Origin: Alphaproteobacteria bacterium
GTDB lineage: Bacteria > Pseudomonadota > Alphaproteobacteria > UBA828
NCBI GenBank assembly: GCA_963422645.2
Contig: CAXXVO010000005.1
Coordinates: forward strand, 160,001 to 224,000
DNA length: 64,000 nucleotides
Reading direction: 5' to 3'
The notes beneath the pieces were generated by a model. The model was not told where the DNA came from and did not search any database. It saw only the letters and a program-made list of their open reading frames with translations. This document shows, piece by piece, positions 41,810-51,787 of the stretch. Position 1 is the first letter of the stretch. Every line of letters begins with the position of its first letter. Both the position numbers and the translations under genes were made by a program.

Positions 41810-42629
41810 GGAACGCGTCGATCAGGCGATTAAATCGTTCTGGATTCTCCATGAACATGAAGTGATTGCCGCCGTCTGCCTCCTCGAAGATTTCGAGCTG
41901 CGAGCCGGCGATCTGCCCCTTCATCCAGACCTGTGAACGCCAGTCGATCAGGCTGACCCGGCCGCCGACGATCAGCGTCGGCAGCGCGATGCGGGGGATC
42001 AGGTCGCGCCAGTCCTGCGTCGAGTGATTGAGCAGCAGCGTGGCTGCGTGGCGGCGCGGCATCTTGCGGTTCTGCTCGATGACCCACGCCACCCGCTCGG
42101 CCGGAAAGCCGCCGGTGAACATGCTGCCTATGAGGCCCTTCGTGGTCCCCACGCCCTCCTTCCCGGCGAGGGCGGCGATGGTCTCGTAGAGGCTCGTGCC
42201 GTCGAAGATCGCACCGGCGTCCTGCTTCTCCTGCTCGGACCACTCGTTGCGCGCGGTAATGCCCGGCATCTGGTCGACGAGGACGAGCCGCTCCAGCCCC
42301 GCTTCGCCGAAGAGGTCGATGTAGCACCAGATCACGGAGCACCCCATGGAGTGGCCGAGCAGGCTCACCCGCTCCAGCCCGAGCGCCTCAATGGCATTGC
42401 GAAGGTCCATGGCGAGACGCTGGATCTTGTAGCCGTGCTCGGGCTTGTCTGATTCGCCGTGCCCGCGCATGTCGAAGGCGATGACCCGGCGCTTGGCCGA
42501 AAGCCCCTCCACCTGAGCCTCGAACTGCGCGGCGCTCTGCGACCAGCCGGGGATCATGACGAGGGGCGCGCCGCTGCCTTGCTCCACATAGTGAAGGCGG
42601 ATCCCGTCGTTCGTCGTGACATGCGGCAT
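41802..42629 (-). CDS. Alpha/beta hydrolase (non-heme haloperoxidase/arylesterase-like)
   Basis: IPGWSQ, DMRGHGES, GHSMG, NHFMFMENP. Confidence 0.9.
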   Translation of the reverse strand: MPHVTTNDGIRLHYVEQGSGAPLVMIPGWSQSAAQFEAQVEGLSAKRRVIAFDMRGHGESDKPEHGYKIQRLAMDLRNAIEALGLERVSLLGHSMGCSVIWCYIDLFGEAGLERLVLVDQMPGITARNEWSEQEKQDAGAIFDGTSLYETIAALAGKEGVGTTKGLIGSMFTGGFPAERVAWVIEQNRKMPRRHAATLLLNHSTQDWRDLIPRIALPTLIVGGRVSLIDWRSQVWMKGQIAGSQLEIFEEADGGNHFMFMENPERFNRLIDAFLS

Positions 42630-42644
42630 GGTTCCGTCTCCCCC

Positions 42645-43850
42645 TCAAGCTGCCCTTCTTGCCGACACGCCGAGCCGCTCGCGGCGGGGCAGGCAGGCGT
42701 AGAATAGCGCGCCCACGAAGGCGAGCACGGCGATCAGGATAACCGCGGTGCCGTAGTGTTGCTCGGCATCGTAGATCGCACCTGCGCTGAACGGCCCGAG
42801 CAGGCCGCCGAGCCCATAGGCGATGGCAATGCGGCCGAAGACCCGCGGCAGCGCCGCCGCCCCGTAATAGCCCGCGATGGTCACGGGGTGAGCGCTTGCG
42901 AGAACGCCGAAGGCCAGCCCGACCGCAGTGATGGCGGTAAGCCCCATGATGACGCCGGGCGCGAAGAAGAGCGCCAGCAGAAACACGCCCATGACGAGCC
43001 CGACACCCACAAGCACGCGTCGGCCCGTCAGCGCATCGACGAGAAGACCGCCGACCAGCCCGCCGGCAGCGTAGCCTGCGCTGGAGAGCATCGGCGCGAA
43101 CTGGGTCTGGTCGGAAGATGCTCCCCAGGCGGCCATCATCGTCGCCGCGTGGCCGATGGCGGCGAGTGCGACGAAAGCGGTGCAGAGGAAGCCGAAAAAG
43201 ATCGCGATCACCACGCGAGGCCGGTGGGTCAGTATGTCCTGGAACAGCCCGGTCGTGCCGGCCGCCGGCGGTGTCTTGCCGGAGAGCGTGATGAGCGCAG
43301 CGGCAATCGCAATGGCCAGAAAAATCGCTGCTGCCGACACGCCAAAGGTCATCTCCGGCCCCGTCCCGGCGATCAGGGTGGCCAGACCGGGTGACCAGGC
43401 GATGCCGCCCACGGCGACCGCCGACATGTTGATGCTCATGGCGATGCTGGGTCTCACCGGCCCGTCGATGCTCGCCGCGGTCATAGCGACGAAATAGACG
43501 ATGCCGACGGCAAAGCCGAAGAGAAGGCCGTAGCCGACATAGAGTGCCGCGACCGATTGGCCGAAGCCCGCGAGCGCGAGCCCGGCCGCGGACAGCGCGC
43601 CCATGACCAGGGTGAGCTGCGGGAGCGTAAACCAGTGCAGCAGCCGGTGCATCACGAAGCAGCCGATCGTCGCGGTCAGCAGGCAAAGCGATTGTGCGCC
43701 GCTCACCGTCGCGCGGTCGGCGTCCAACTCGGTTTCGAGCGGCGCCACGAAGACGCTCCACGCGTAGAGGATCCCGGTCGAGAGATTGATCAGGACTCCC
43801 GCAGCGAGCGGAAAGTACGGGCGCAGCGCCGCCCCCAGTCGCGATTCCAT
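42645..43850 (-). CDS. MFS transporter (oxalate/formate antiporter-like)
   Basis: GILYAWSVFV.PLE, YGLLFGFAVG, about 12 hydrophobic segments. Confidence 0.85.
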   Translation of the reverse strand: MESRLGAALRPYFPLAAGVLINLSTGILYAWSVFVAPLETELDADRATVSGAQSLCLLTATIGCFVMHRLLHWFTLPQLTLVMGALSAAGLALAGFGQSVAALYVGYGLLFGFAVGIVYFVAMTAASIDGPVRPSIAMSINMSAVAVGGIAWSPGLATLIAGTGPEMTFGVSAAAIFLAIAIAAALITLSGKTPPAAGTTGLFQDILTHRPRVVIAIFFGFLCTAFVALAAIGHAATMMAAWGASSDQTQFAPMLSSAGYAAGGLVGGLLVDALTGRRVLVGVGLVMGVFLLALFFAPGVIMGLTAITAVGLAFGVLASAHPVTIAGYYGAAALPRVFGRIAIAYGLGGLLGPFSAGAIYDAEQHYGTAVILIAVLAFVGALFYACLPRRERLGVSARRAA

Positions 43851-43906
43851 CGGCGCTCCACGGTCGGATGCGCCACGGTGGTCTAAGCGGGTGGCGCGCG
43901 GCCAGC

Positions 43907-44350
43907 CTATGGGCGGCGATCCGGCCCGTCCAGTGGTGGGCTCGCCGCATCGGCGTTCGCCCGCGCGCGCCGGCCAAGCCAGAACACGGCGATCCAGATC
44001 GGCAGGCTCAGCACCACGGCGACGATGGCGATGCCGGGCGGGCCGAACAGACCGGCGGGGAGCGACGCCGCCACCGTGGCGGCCCCGAGGACGACGCCCC
44101 CGATCCACGCCGCGCGCGCGTGCCCGAGCCGCCCCAGCCGCCGGCAGGCCAATGCCAGCGGCAGGCCGCAGACCGCGGCCACGATCAGCGACGGCAGGGC
44201 CATAAGCGCCGCCGTCGCCCCCTCGCCGGGCGCCATTGCAGTTGACCCGAAGCGGACCGCGGCCGACACCAGCAAGCCTGCCGGCAGCCATAGCAGCGCT
44301 GCGGCGTAGAAGGCGGCTTGCGAGCGCCGGCGCGGGGAGCGATCCGCCAT
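43907..44350 (-). CDS. Hypothetical membrane protein
   Basis: GAGGAG RBS; about 4 TM segments; follows the cytochrome c gene. Confidence 0.6.
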   Translation of the reverse strand: MADRSPRRRSQAAFYAAALLWLPAGLLVSAAVRFGSTAMAPGEGATAALMALPSLIVAAVCGLPLALACRRLGRLGHARAAWIGGVVLGAATVAASLPAGLFGPPGIAIVAVVLSLPIWIAVFWLGRRARANADAASPPLDGPDRRP

Positions 44351-44358
44351 GCTGCCGT

Positions 44359-44820
44359 CTACTCCTCCCCGTGGGACGTGGCTTCCTGCCGCGTCATGTC
44401 TTCCTGGTGGCTGCGCATGAGCTCGGGCCAGGTGCTCTTGATGAAGGCGAGGACATCGCGAATTTGATCGTCGGTGAGCAGATGACCGAAGCCCGGCATG
44501 CCGCTCTCGAAATCTGACACGCCACGCATGGCCAGCGTCGCCTCGCCGCCCAGCTTGGTGTAGTCGAAGAGCAGCCGGTCGCCGTGATGCCAGGTGTGGC
44601 CGGTCTCGTCGTGAGGCGGTGCCGGATAGAGGCCGTCGGCGCCTCGCCTGCGCCAGTCCGGCGCGCCTTCCAGCTCGGCGCCGTGGCACGAGGCGCAGTG
44701 TTCGGCATAAAGCGCGGCGCCCTGTGCGAGGTCGTCCGACGCCCCGGCGACCTGCCCGACCGACAGCCAGCCGGCGATGGCCGCCGTCGCCACGACGATT
44801 GCTGGTGCTGTCAACCGCAT
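44359..44820 (-). CDS. Monoheme c-type cytochrome (copper-cluster associated)
   Basis: Signal peptide, CASCH, APPHD.TGHTWHH, MPGF. Confidence 0.9.
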   Translation of the reverse strand: MRLTAPAIVVATAAIAGWLSVGQVAGASDDLAQGAALYAEHCASCHGAELEGAPDWRRRGADGLYPAPPHDETGHTWHHGDRLLFDYTKLGGEATLAMRGVSDFESGMPGFGHLLTDDQIRDVLAFIKSTWPELMRSHQEDMTRQEATSHGEE

Positions 44821-44827
44821 GCCGCCC

Positions 44828-47134
44828 TCAAACCCGCGCCGCGCGGAGGCGGAGCGCATTGCCGATGACCGACACCGAGGAGAGGCTCATCACGGCGGCG
44901 GCGATCATCGGCGAAAGCAGGATGCCGAAGGGGGGGAAGAGCACGCCGGCGGCAATGGGGATGGCGGCGGCGTTGTAGACGAAGGCGAGGAAGAGGTTCT
45001 GGCGCACGTTGCCCATGGTCGCCCGCGCCAGCCTGCGGGCGCGCACGATACCGCGCAGGTCGCCCTTCACCAGGGTGATGCCGGCACTCTCCATCGCGAT
45101 ATCGGCGCCGGTACCGAGCGCGATACCGACATCGGCAAGGGCCAGAGCCGGCGCGTCGTTCACCCCGTCGCCGGCCATGGCGACGGCCCGGCCCTGTTGG
45201 CGGAAGTGCTCGACGAGCGCGCCTTTCTCCTCCGGCCCGAGCCCGGCGTGCACCTCGTCGATACCCAATGCGGCGGCGACGGTCTCGGCCACACGCGGGC
45301 TGTCGCCGCTCGCCATGACGATGGTGAGGCCCATCCCCTCGAGGGAGCGCAGGGCCTCGGGCGCGCTTTCCCGCACCCTGTCGGCAACCCCGATCACGCC
45401 TGCGAGGGCGCCGTTCACCGCGACATACATCGCAGTCTTGCCCGCATCTTCCAGCGCCTCGGCCTGGCGGGCGTGCTCCGCGAGCGGGATACCCTGTGCC
45501 TTCATCATGGCGGCGTTGCCGAGTGCGACCGCGTGGCCCTCGACCCGGCCGAGCACGCCCCGGCCGGCCACGGACTCCACGTCGCGCGCCGCGAGATACG
45601 GCGCGCTTGCGGCTTCCGCCGCTTCGACGACCGCCTCGGCGAGCGGGTGCTGCGCGCTTCGCTCCAGCGCCGCCGCCAGAGCGAGCAGCCGCGCCCTCTC
45701 GACGTCGCCCAAGGGGATGACGTCGGTCACGGCCGGCCGCCCTTCGGTGAGCGTGCCGGTCTTGTCGACGACCAGCAGGTCAGCCTTGGCGAGGCGCTCC
45801 AGCGCCTCGGCATCGCGCACCAGCACGCCGGCCTGCGCGCCGCGCCCAGCGGCCACCATGATCGACATCGGCGTTGCCAGCCCGAGCGCGCAGGGGCAGG
45901 CGATGATCAGCACGCTCACGGCCGCGCTCAGCGCGTAGGCCAGCGCGGGCGAGGGGCCCGCCACCAGCCAGCCGATGGCCGCCAGCAGAGCGACGGCGAC
46001 CACGGCCGGCACGAAGACGCCTGCGACCCGGTCCGCCAGCGCCTGGATCGGCGCGCGGCTGCGCTGCGCCTTCGCCACCAGCGCGACGATGCGGGCGAGC
46101 GTGGTTTCGGCCCCGACCCGCTCTGCCCGCATCACGAGGCTGCCGGACTTGGCGAGCGTGCCGCCGGTGAGCGGATCGCCCGGCTCTTTCTCCACCGGGA
46201 GCGGCTCGCCGCTGATCATGCTCTCGTCGAGGGTGGCGCGGCCCTCGGTCACGATGCCATCCACGGGCACGCTCTCGCCCGGGCGGACGCGGAGCCGGTC
46301 GCCGACGCGGACTTCGTCGAGCGGCACGTCGGCCTCGCGCCCTTCTTCCAATCGGCGTGCCGTCTTCGGCGCGAGGCCCATGAGCGCGCGGATGGCGTCG
46401 CCCGTCCGCTCTCGGGCAGCCGTCTCCATCACTTGCCCGGCCAGCACGAGCACGAGGATCACCGCTGCCGCCTCGAAGTAGGCCGGCGGCTGCCCGCTCG
46501 CGCCGAGCACTGCGGCAGGAAAGGCGCCGGGCGCGAGCAGGCCTGCGAGGCTGAAGAGCCATGCGGCGCCGGTGCCCAGCGCGATCAGCGTCCACATGTT
46601 GGGGGAGCGGTTGCGCACCGAGGCGAGGCCGCGCAGGAAGAACGCGCGCGCGATCCAGAGCACCGGCGTCGCGAGAAGGAACTGTAGGGCGATGAAGAGC
46701 CGCGGCCCGATCCAGGAATCGAAGGGAATGCCGGCGTGGCTCCCCATCTCCAGCGCGAAAACGGCGGCCGCGAGCGGCCCGGCAAGCCAGAGCCGGCGTT
46801 GCAGGTCGCGAAGCTCGGGCGAGGGCCCTGCGTCGGCCACCGGCATCATCGGCTCCAGCGCCATGCCGCAGATGGGGCAGTCGCCCGGTGAAGCCTGCAC
46901 GATCTCGGGGTCCATCGGGCAGGTGTAGAGGCTGCCCTCGGGCGCAGGCTCGGGCGCCGGGCGCTCGCCGAGGAATTCTTCAGGCGCTGCGGTGAATCGC
47001 TCCCGGCAGCGGGCGCAGCAGAAGTAGAAGGTCTGACCCCGGTGCCGGGCCGTGTGGCGGGCGCCGACGGGCTCCACGCTCATCCCGCAGACGGGATCGC
47101 GCGCCGTCGTCTCCACCGCTGCACCTGGTTCCAC
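44828..47134 (-). CDS. copA: Cu(I)/Ag(I)-translocating P1B ATPase with YHS and heavy-metal-binding domains
   Basis: DPVCGM (YHS), YTCPM..CPICGM, CPC, DKTGT, GDGVND, YN...P and MSLSS motifs. Confidence 0.92.
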   Translation of the reverse strand: MEPGAAVETTARDPVCGMSVEPVGARHTARHRGQTFYFCCARCRERFTAAPEEFLGERPAPEPAPEGSLYTCPMDPEIVQASPGDCPICGMALEPMMPVADAGPSPELRDLQRRLWLAGPLAAAVFALEMGSHAGIPFDSWIGPRLFIALQFLLATPVLWIARAFFLRGLASVRNRSPNMWTLIALGTGAAWLFSLAGLLAPGAFPAAVLGASGQPPAYFEAAAVILVLVLAGQVMETAARERTGDAIRALMGLAPKTARRLEEGREADVPLDEVRVGDRLRVRPGESVPVDGIVTEGRATLDESMISGEPLPVEKEPGDPLTGGTLAKSGSLVMRAERVGAETTLARIVALVAKAQRSRAPIQALADRVAGVFVPAVVAVALLAAIGWLVAGPSPALAYALSAAVSVLIIACPCALGLATPMSIMVAAGRGAQAGVLVRDAEALERLAKADLLVVDKTGTLTEGRPAVTDVIPLGDVERARLLALAAALERSAQHPLAEAVVEAAEAASAPYLAARDVESVAGRGVLGRVEGHAVALGNAAMMKAQGIPLAEHARQAEALEDAGKTAMYVAVNGALAGVIGVADRVRESAPEALRSLEGMGLTIVMASGDSPRVAETVAAALGIDEVHAGLGPEEKGALVEHFRQQGRAVAMAGDGVNDAPALALADVGIALGTGADIAMESAGITLVKGDLRGIVRARRLARATMGNVRQNLFLAFVYNAAAIPIAAGVLFPPFGILLSPMIAAAVMSLSSVSVIGNALRLRAARV

Positions 47135-47165
47135 TGCAAACCTCGTGTGGACTTCGCTTCCCGGG

Positions 47166-47196
47166 AATGTAGAGAGTCCAGTTGCTGGAAGGTCAA
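47166..47196 (-). promoter_or_regulatory. CueR-type promoter/operator of copA
   Basis: Minus strand TTGACC-19bp-TACATT, with the dyad TCCAG-caa-CTGGA in the spacer. Confidence 0.8.
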
Positions 47197-47209
47197 GGAG
47201 ATGCGGCTC

Positions 47210-47240
47210 TTGACCTTCCCGCCACAGGAACCTTTATGAC
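47210..47240 (+). promoter_or_regulatory. Second CueR-type promoter/operator driving cueR and cytochrome c
   Basis: TTGACC-19bp-TATGAC, with an ACCTTCC...GGAA dyad. Confidence 0.7.
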
Positions 47241-47258
47241 CATGGAGCGGAGGTGGCC

Positions 47259-47663
47259 ATGAAGATAGCTGACGTGGCCGAAGCAAGCGGGCTCTCGGCA
47301 AAGACGATCCGCTACTACGAGGAAATCGGCCTCGTGCGACCGATGCGGGGCGAGAACGGGTACCGCGCGTTCGTCGAGACCGACGTGCACAAGCTGACCT
47401 TCCTCGCCCGCGCCCGCTCCCTCGGGTTCTCGATCAAGGAGTGCCGCACGCTGCTCTCGCTCTACGAGGACCGCGCGCGTGCCAGTTCGGACGTGAAGGC
47501 CCTGGCCGAGGCGCATCTGCGCCGCATCGACCACAAGATCGCCGAGCTCGAGGGGCTGCGCGGCACGCTCGCGACCCTGGTGGCACGCTGCCACGGCGAC
47601 GAGCGCCCGGACTGTCCCATTCTGGACGACCTCGCAGGCCCGTTTGTGGGAGACGGACAATGA
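47259..47663 (+). CDS. cueR: Cu(I)-responsive MerR-family regulator
   Basis: KTIRYYEEIGL..P.R.ENGYR; metal loop CHGDERPDCPI. Confidence 0.93.
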   Translation: MKIADVAEASGLSAKTIRYYEEIGLVRPMRGENGYRAFVETDVHKLTFLARARSLGFSIKECRTLLSLYEDRARASSDVKALAEAHLRRIDHKIAELEGLRGTLATLVARCHGDERPDCPILDDLAGPFVGDGQ

Positions 47664-48142
47664 AGAAAAGACACAATACTCGCCGACCTCGCGGGTCCGC
47701 TTCCTCGAGCCGAACCAAGCGGAAGAAGCTGACGGACAGGCTTTACCTTGTCGCGATTGCGGCTGCGGTGGTTGTGGGCGTTGTGGGATGGCTGCAATGG
47801 TTCGACGACGACCACGACCAGCACGGCGATGTGGGTTCGGCGTTGACCATTCCTGCTTTCACGGCCGAGGCGGAGGCCGGCCAGGCGCTCTTCGAGGAGA
47901 ACTGCGTGACCTGTCACGGCCAGAACGCCACCGGCTCGGACCAGGGGCCTCCGCTGGTCCATCGGATATACGAGCCGAATCATCATGGCGATCTGTCATT
48001 CCGCCTCGCCGCACGGCAGGGCGTTCGCGCCCATCACTGGAAATTCGGCAACATGCCGCCGGTCGAGGGCGTCTCGGACGACGACGTCATCAAGATCACG
48101 CGCTACGTGCGCGAGCTGCAGAAGGCAAACGGCATCTATTGA
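47660..48142 (+). CDS. Membrane-anchored monoheme c-type cytochrome
   Basis: TM anchor, CVTCH, GPPLVH.IYEPNHH, HHWKFGNMP. Confidence 0.88.
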   Translation: MKKRHNTRRPRGSASSSRTKRKKLTDRLYLVAIAAAVVVGVVGWLQWFDDDHDQHGDVGSALTIPAFTAEAEAGQALFEENCVTCHGQNATGSDQGPPLVHRIYEPNHHGDLSFRLAARQGVRAHHWKFGNMPPVEGVSDDDVIKITRYVRELQKANGIY

Positions 48143-48337
48143 GCCGGCGCTCATGCGTTCCATGTTCACGCGGTCGGCACGTGCGAGCCGCGCTTCAAGT
48201 CGGCAGGCGGTCACTTCAATCCGGGGGGCGCGAAGCACGGGATTGACAGTGCCGAGGGGATGCACGTCGGCGACATGCCCAACATTCACGTCCCTGACTC
48301 GGGCGCGCTGGAGATCGAGGTGCTGAACACGCAGCTG
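48143..48337 (+). pseudogene. sodC: Internal fragment of a Cu/Zn superoxide dismutase
   Basis: AGAHAFHVHAVGTCEPRFKSAGGHFNPGGAKHGIDSAEGMHVGDMPNI. No start codon or signal peptide and no C-terminal H...R..C part. Confidence 0.8.
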
Positions 48338-48455
48338 CATCACCCAATAGCACTGCCTAAGAGGCGTGGAGAGCCGGCGCACCGCCCCGACAGCCCGCCG
48401 TCGCGGCTCTCTGCGTGCTTGTGGTGCATGCGCCGGGTCCGCTAGGACTCGGGCC

Positions 48456-49532
48456 ATGAGCGAGCGTGGCAATCCGGCCTTCGGCTTCACCGTGGGTCCG
48501 GTGATGCCTGCGGAGCAGGATGGTGCCGCCGGCGACCGGCAGCGCTACCGCGAGATGCTGGACGACTGCCGGTTCGGGCAGGCACTGGGTTTCGGCAGCG
48601 TCTGGGTGCTCGAGCACCACTTTACCGACTACTACCCCTCGCCCTCGCCGCTGCTCTTCCTGAGCCACGTCGCGGCGGCCTGCCCCGGCTTGGGGTTGGG
48701 CACCGCGGTCATCGTGCTGCCCTGGTACGAGCCGGTGCGCTTCGCCGAAGAGGTGGCGATGCTGAGCCTGATGACCGACGCCGACCTGCATCTCGGCCTC
48801 GGGCGCGGCGTGGCCAGGATCGAGTACGACGCGCGCGCCATCGACATGGCGCACTCGCGCGAGCTCTTCCGCGAGCACTGCGAGATCGCCAAGGGGCTGC
48901 TGAGCGGCGCGCCCTTCCGCTACGAGGGCGCACACGCCACCATCCCGCGCGAGGTGTCGCTGCGGCCGGGGCCGGCCAGCGAGCGCATCCACCTCTATGG
49001 TGCCTGCAACAACCCGGGCACTGCTGAGCGCATGGCGGAGATGGGTCTCGGCCTGCTCTGCACCTCGGCCTCGCCCTTCCGGCAGAACGCCGAGTCAATC
49101 GCGGCGTGGAAGGCGATCGCCGCGTCCAAGGGCGGGGATGCCGACGCCAACATCCCGCTCTGGATCCACTGCTTCATCGCGGACAGCGAAGCGCGCGCCA
49201 AGGACGAGGCGATCGCTTTTCTCGCTGCCTTCTTCCGCGCGGTGGTCCAGCACTACGAGACCCACGCCAACCCGTGGAAGGACGTGCCCACCTACGAGCG
49301 CAACGTTCAGCAGATGGAGCGGATGGAGGCGATGGCGGACCCCGCCAACCTGCCGCCCTTCCTGGAGCACCAGCTGGTCGGCACGCCCGAGCAGGTGGCG
49401 GCCCAGGTGCGGCGCTATCGGGAGATTGGGATCACCCAGTTCGCGATCAACACGGCGCAGCCCAGCCGGCCCGCCGAAAGCCGCCACCGCTCCATGGAAC
49501 GCTTTGCCCGCGAGGTGATCCCGCTGGTCTGA
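48456..49532 (+). CDS. LLM class flavin-dependent oxidoreductase
   Basis: GFGSVWVLEHHF, P.RFAEEVAML, LGLGRG, LVGTPEQV. Confidence 0.87.
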   Translation: MSERGNPAFGFTVGPVMPAEQDGAAGDRQRYREMLDDCRFGQALGFGSVWVLEHHFTDYYPSPSPLLFLSHVAAACPGLGLGTAVIVLPWYEPVRFAEEVAMLSLMTDADLHLGLGRGVARIEYDARAIDMAHSRELFREHCEIAKGLLSGAPFRYEGAHATIPREVSLRPGPASERIHLYGACNNPGTAERMAEMGLGLLCTSASPFRQNAESIAAWKAIAASKGGDADANIPLWIHCFIADSEARAKDEAIAFLAAFFRAVVQHYETHANPWKDVPTYERNVQQMERMEAMADPANLPPFLEHQLVGTPEQVAAQVRRYREIGITQFAINTAQPSRPAESRHRSMERFAREVIPLV

Positions 49533-49546
49533 GCGTTCGGCTCCCT

Positions 49547-51637
49547 TCAGACCCGGCCGGCGATGGCGAGGATGAAGGCGTAGGTCATCGCCACTTCGAT
49601 TAGCCGGCGGAAGCGGCCGGAGGCGCCGCCGTGGCCGGCCTCCATGTTGGTGTGCAGCAGGAGGGGATGGGCGTCGGTCTTGAGCCGGCGCAGCTTCGCC
49701 ACCCACTTGGCCGCCTCCCAATAGGTCACGCGCGGATCGGTGAGACCTCCGGTCGCGAAGATCGCGGGGTATGCCTTAGCCGTCACGTTCTCGTAGGGCG
49801 CGTAAGCCGCGATGGTGCGGTAGGCATCTTCGTCGTCAATGGGGTTGCCCCATTCCGGCCATTCGGGCGGCGTCAGTGGAAGGTACACGTCGCACATGGT
49901 GTTGAGGACGTCGACGAAGGGCACCTCCGCCACGATGCTGGCGAAGAGCTCGGGTCGCAGGTTCGCAATCGCCCCCATCAGCATGCCGCCGGCGCTGCCG
50001 CCGTGAGCGGCGATCCGCCCCTTCGCCGTGTAGCGCTCGGCGATCAGGTGCTCGGCGGCGGCGATGAAGTCGGCGAAGGTGTTGATCTTCTTCGCGAGCT
50101 TGCCATTGAGATACCAGCCGTAGCCGCAGTCCGAGCCGCCCCGGATGTGAGCGATGGCGTAGACGAAGCCGCGATCCACGAGGCTCAAGCGGTTGGTCGA
50201 GAACGCGGCCGGGATCGCATGGCCGTAGGCGCCGTAGCCGTAAAGCAGGAGCGGCGCCGTGCCGTCGAGCGGGGTCGTGCGACGATAGAGCAGCGAGACC
50301 GGCACCTCGGCGCCGTCGTGGCTCACGGCGGTGAGCCGGCGGGTGACGTAATCGGCGGGGTCATGCCCGCTCGGCACCTCCTGGGTCTTTCGCAGGCTCC
50401 GGGTGCGGGTGCGCATGTCGTAGTCGAAGGTCTGCGTCGTCGTTGTCATCGAGCTGTAGACGAAGCGGACCGTCTCGGTCTCGAACTCGTAGCCGGGCAG
50501 GAGCGAGAGGTCGTAGGCTTCCTCCTCGAAGGCGACGGTGTGCGCCTCGCCGCTCTCCAGGTCGGTGATGACGATGCGGGGCAGGCCGCCCACACGCTCC
50601 AGCCGCACGTGATGGCCGACGAAGAGGAGTTGGGCGCGCACGTATGTGCCGGCCTCGTGGGGCAGCCAGTCGCGCCACGCCGCGCGTTCCGGCGCCTCCA
50701 GCGACGCGGTCATGATCTTGAAGTCGGTCGCACCGTCGGCGTTGGTCAAGATGTAGAGGCGGTCGCCCCGGAAGGCGACGTCGTACTCGATGCCGCGCTC
50801 GCGGGGGGCGATCCGGCGGGGCGCGCTCTCGGGCGCCGCGGCCTCGATCAGATGGACCTCGGAGGTGGTGTGGTCGTGGGCCGAGATCAGGACGAAGCGT
50901 CTGTTCTCGGACTCGCCGAGATCGACGAAGAAGCCGGGGTCGGACTCTTCGTAGACCACGGGGTCCGCCTCCGGTGTGCTGCCGATGCGGTGACGGCGCA
51001 CCTGGTAGGGGTGGTGGTTCTCGTCGAGCACGGTGTAGAAGACGGTCTCGCCGTCGGCCGCCCAGATGACTTCGCCGTGGGCGTCCTCGATCGGCCCGTC
51101 GATGACCGCGCCGGAGGCGATGTAGCGGACGAAGAGGCGGTAGCGCTCCGAGCCGTTGAGGTCGAGGGTGTAGGCGAGGCGGCGGTGATCGTGGCTGTGC
51201 TCGCAGTCCCCGATCCTGAAATAGGCCTGGCCCTCGGCCTCGCGGTTGCCGTCGAGCAGCAGCACCTCGGCTGCTTCGCCGTCCCGCGGAGTACGGCAGT
51301 AGAGCGGATGCTCGCCGCCCTCCACATAGCGGCGGTAGTAGGCCCAGTCCCCGTCGGGCGCCGGCACCGACGAATCGTCCTCCTTCATGCGCCCGCGCAT
51401 CTCGCTCACCAGCGTCTCCCTGAGCGCCTTGTGGGGAGCGAGGAAGGCGTCCGTGTAGACGTTCTCGGCCTCCAGGTAGGTGCGGATGTCGGGATCGAGC
51501 GTCTCGGGCTCGCGCATCACGCGCTGCCAGTCGGGATCCTTGAGCCAGGCATAGTCGTCGTTGCGCGCGATGCCGTGCAGCGTTGCCGTGAGGGGCTTTC
51601 GGGCGGCGACGGGGGGCTTGGGGTCGGGCGCGGTCAT
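49547..51637 (-). CDS. ptrB: Oligopeptidase B (S9 prolyl oligopeptidase family)
   Basis: DDYAWLK, GYGAYG, GGSAGG catalytic Ser, DPRV, AGHGG. Confidence 0.93.
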   Translation of the reverse strand: MTAPDPKPPVAARKPLTATLHGIARNDDYAWLKDPDWQRVMREPETLDPDIRTYLEAENVYTDAFLAPHKALRETLVSEMRGRMKEDDSSVPAPDGDWAYYRRYVEGGEHPLYCRTPRDGEAAEVLLLDGNREAEGQAYFRIGDCEHSHDHRRLAYTLDLNGSERYRLFVRYIASGAVIDGPIEDAHGEVIWAADGETVFYTVLDENHHPYQVRRHRIGSTPEADPVVYEESDPGFFVDLGESENRRFVLISAHDHTTSEVHLIEAAAPESAPRRIAPRERGIEYDVAFRGDRLYILTNADGATDFKIMTASLEAPERAAWRDWLPHEAGTYVRAQLLFVGHHVRLERVGGLPRIVITDLESGEAHTVAFEEEAYDLSLLPGYEFETETVRFVYSSMTTTTQTFDYDMRTRTRSLRKTQEVPSGHDPADYVTRRLTAVSHDGAEVPVSLLYRRTTPLDGTAPLLLYGYGAYGHAIPAAFSTNRLSLVDRGFVYAIAHIRGGSDCGYGWYLNGKLAKKINTFADFIAAAEHLIAERYTAKGRIAAHGGSAGGMLMGAIANLRPELFASIVAEVPFVDVLNTMCDVYLPLTPPEWPEWGNPIDDEDAYRTIAAYAPYENVTAKAYPAIFATGGLTDPRVTYWEAAKWVAKLRRLKTDAHPLLLHTNMEAGHGGASGRFRRLIEVAMTYAFILAIAGRV

Positions 51638-51787
51638 GGAGGAGCTCTCAAGCGGGCGACCGAGGACTCCTAGTCCAACTCGCAAGCTGCAACCACCCTG
51701 CGGGTCGGTCGAGCCCGCGCGACGCCTTCGCGGCACGGTGGCAATCGATTATGGTCGGGCCGCGCCGCAGCAGGGACCGGCCGAGAC

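Noticed and set aside
48140-48142. Selenocysteine or read-through cytochrome c-SodC fusion
   Set aside because: The cytochrome ends at a natural-looking terminus (NGIY*), the SOD part is truncated on both sides, and no SECIS-like hairpin is evident.
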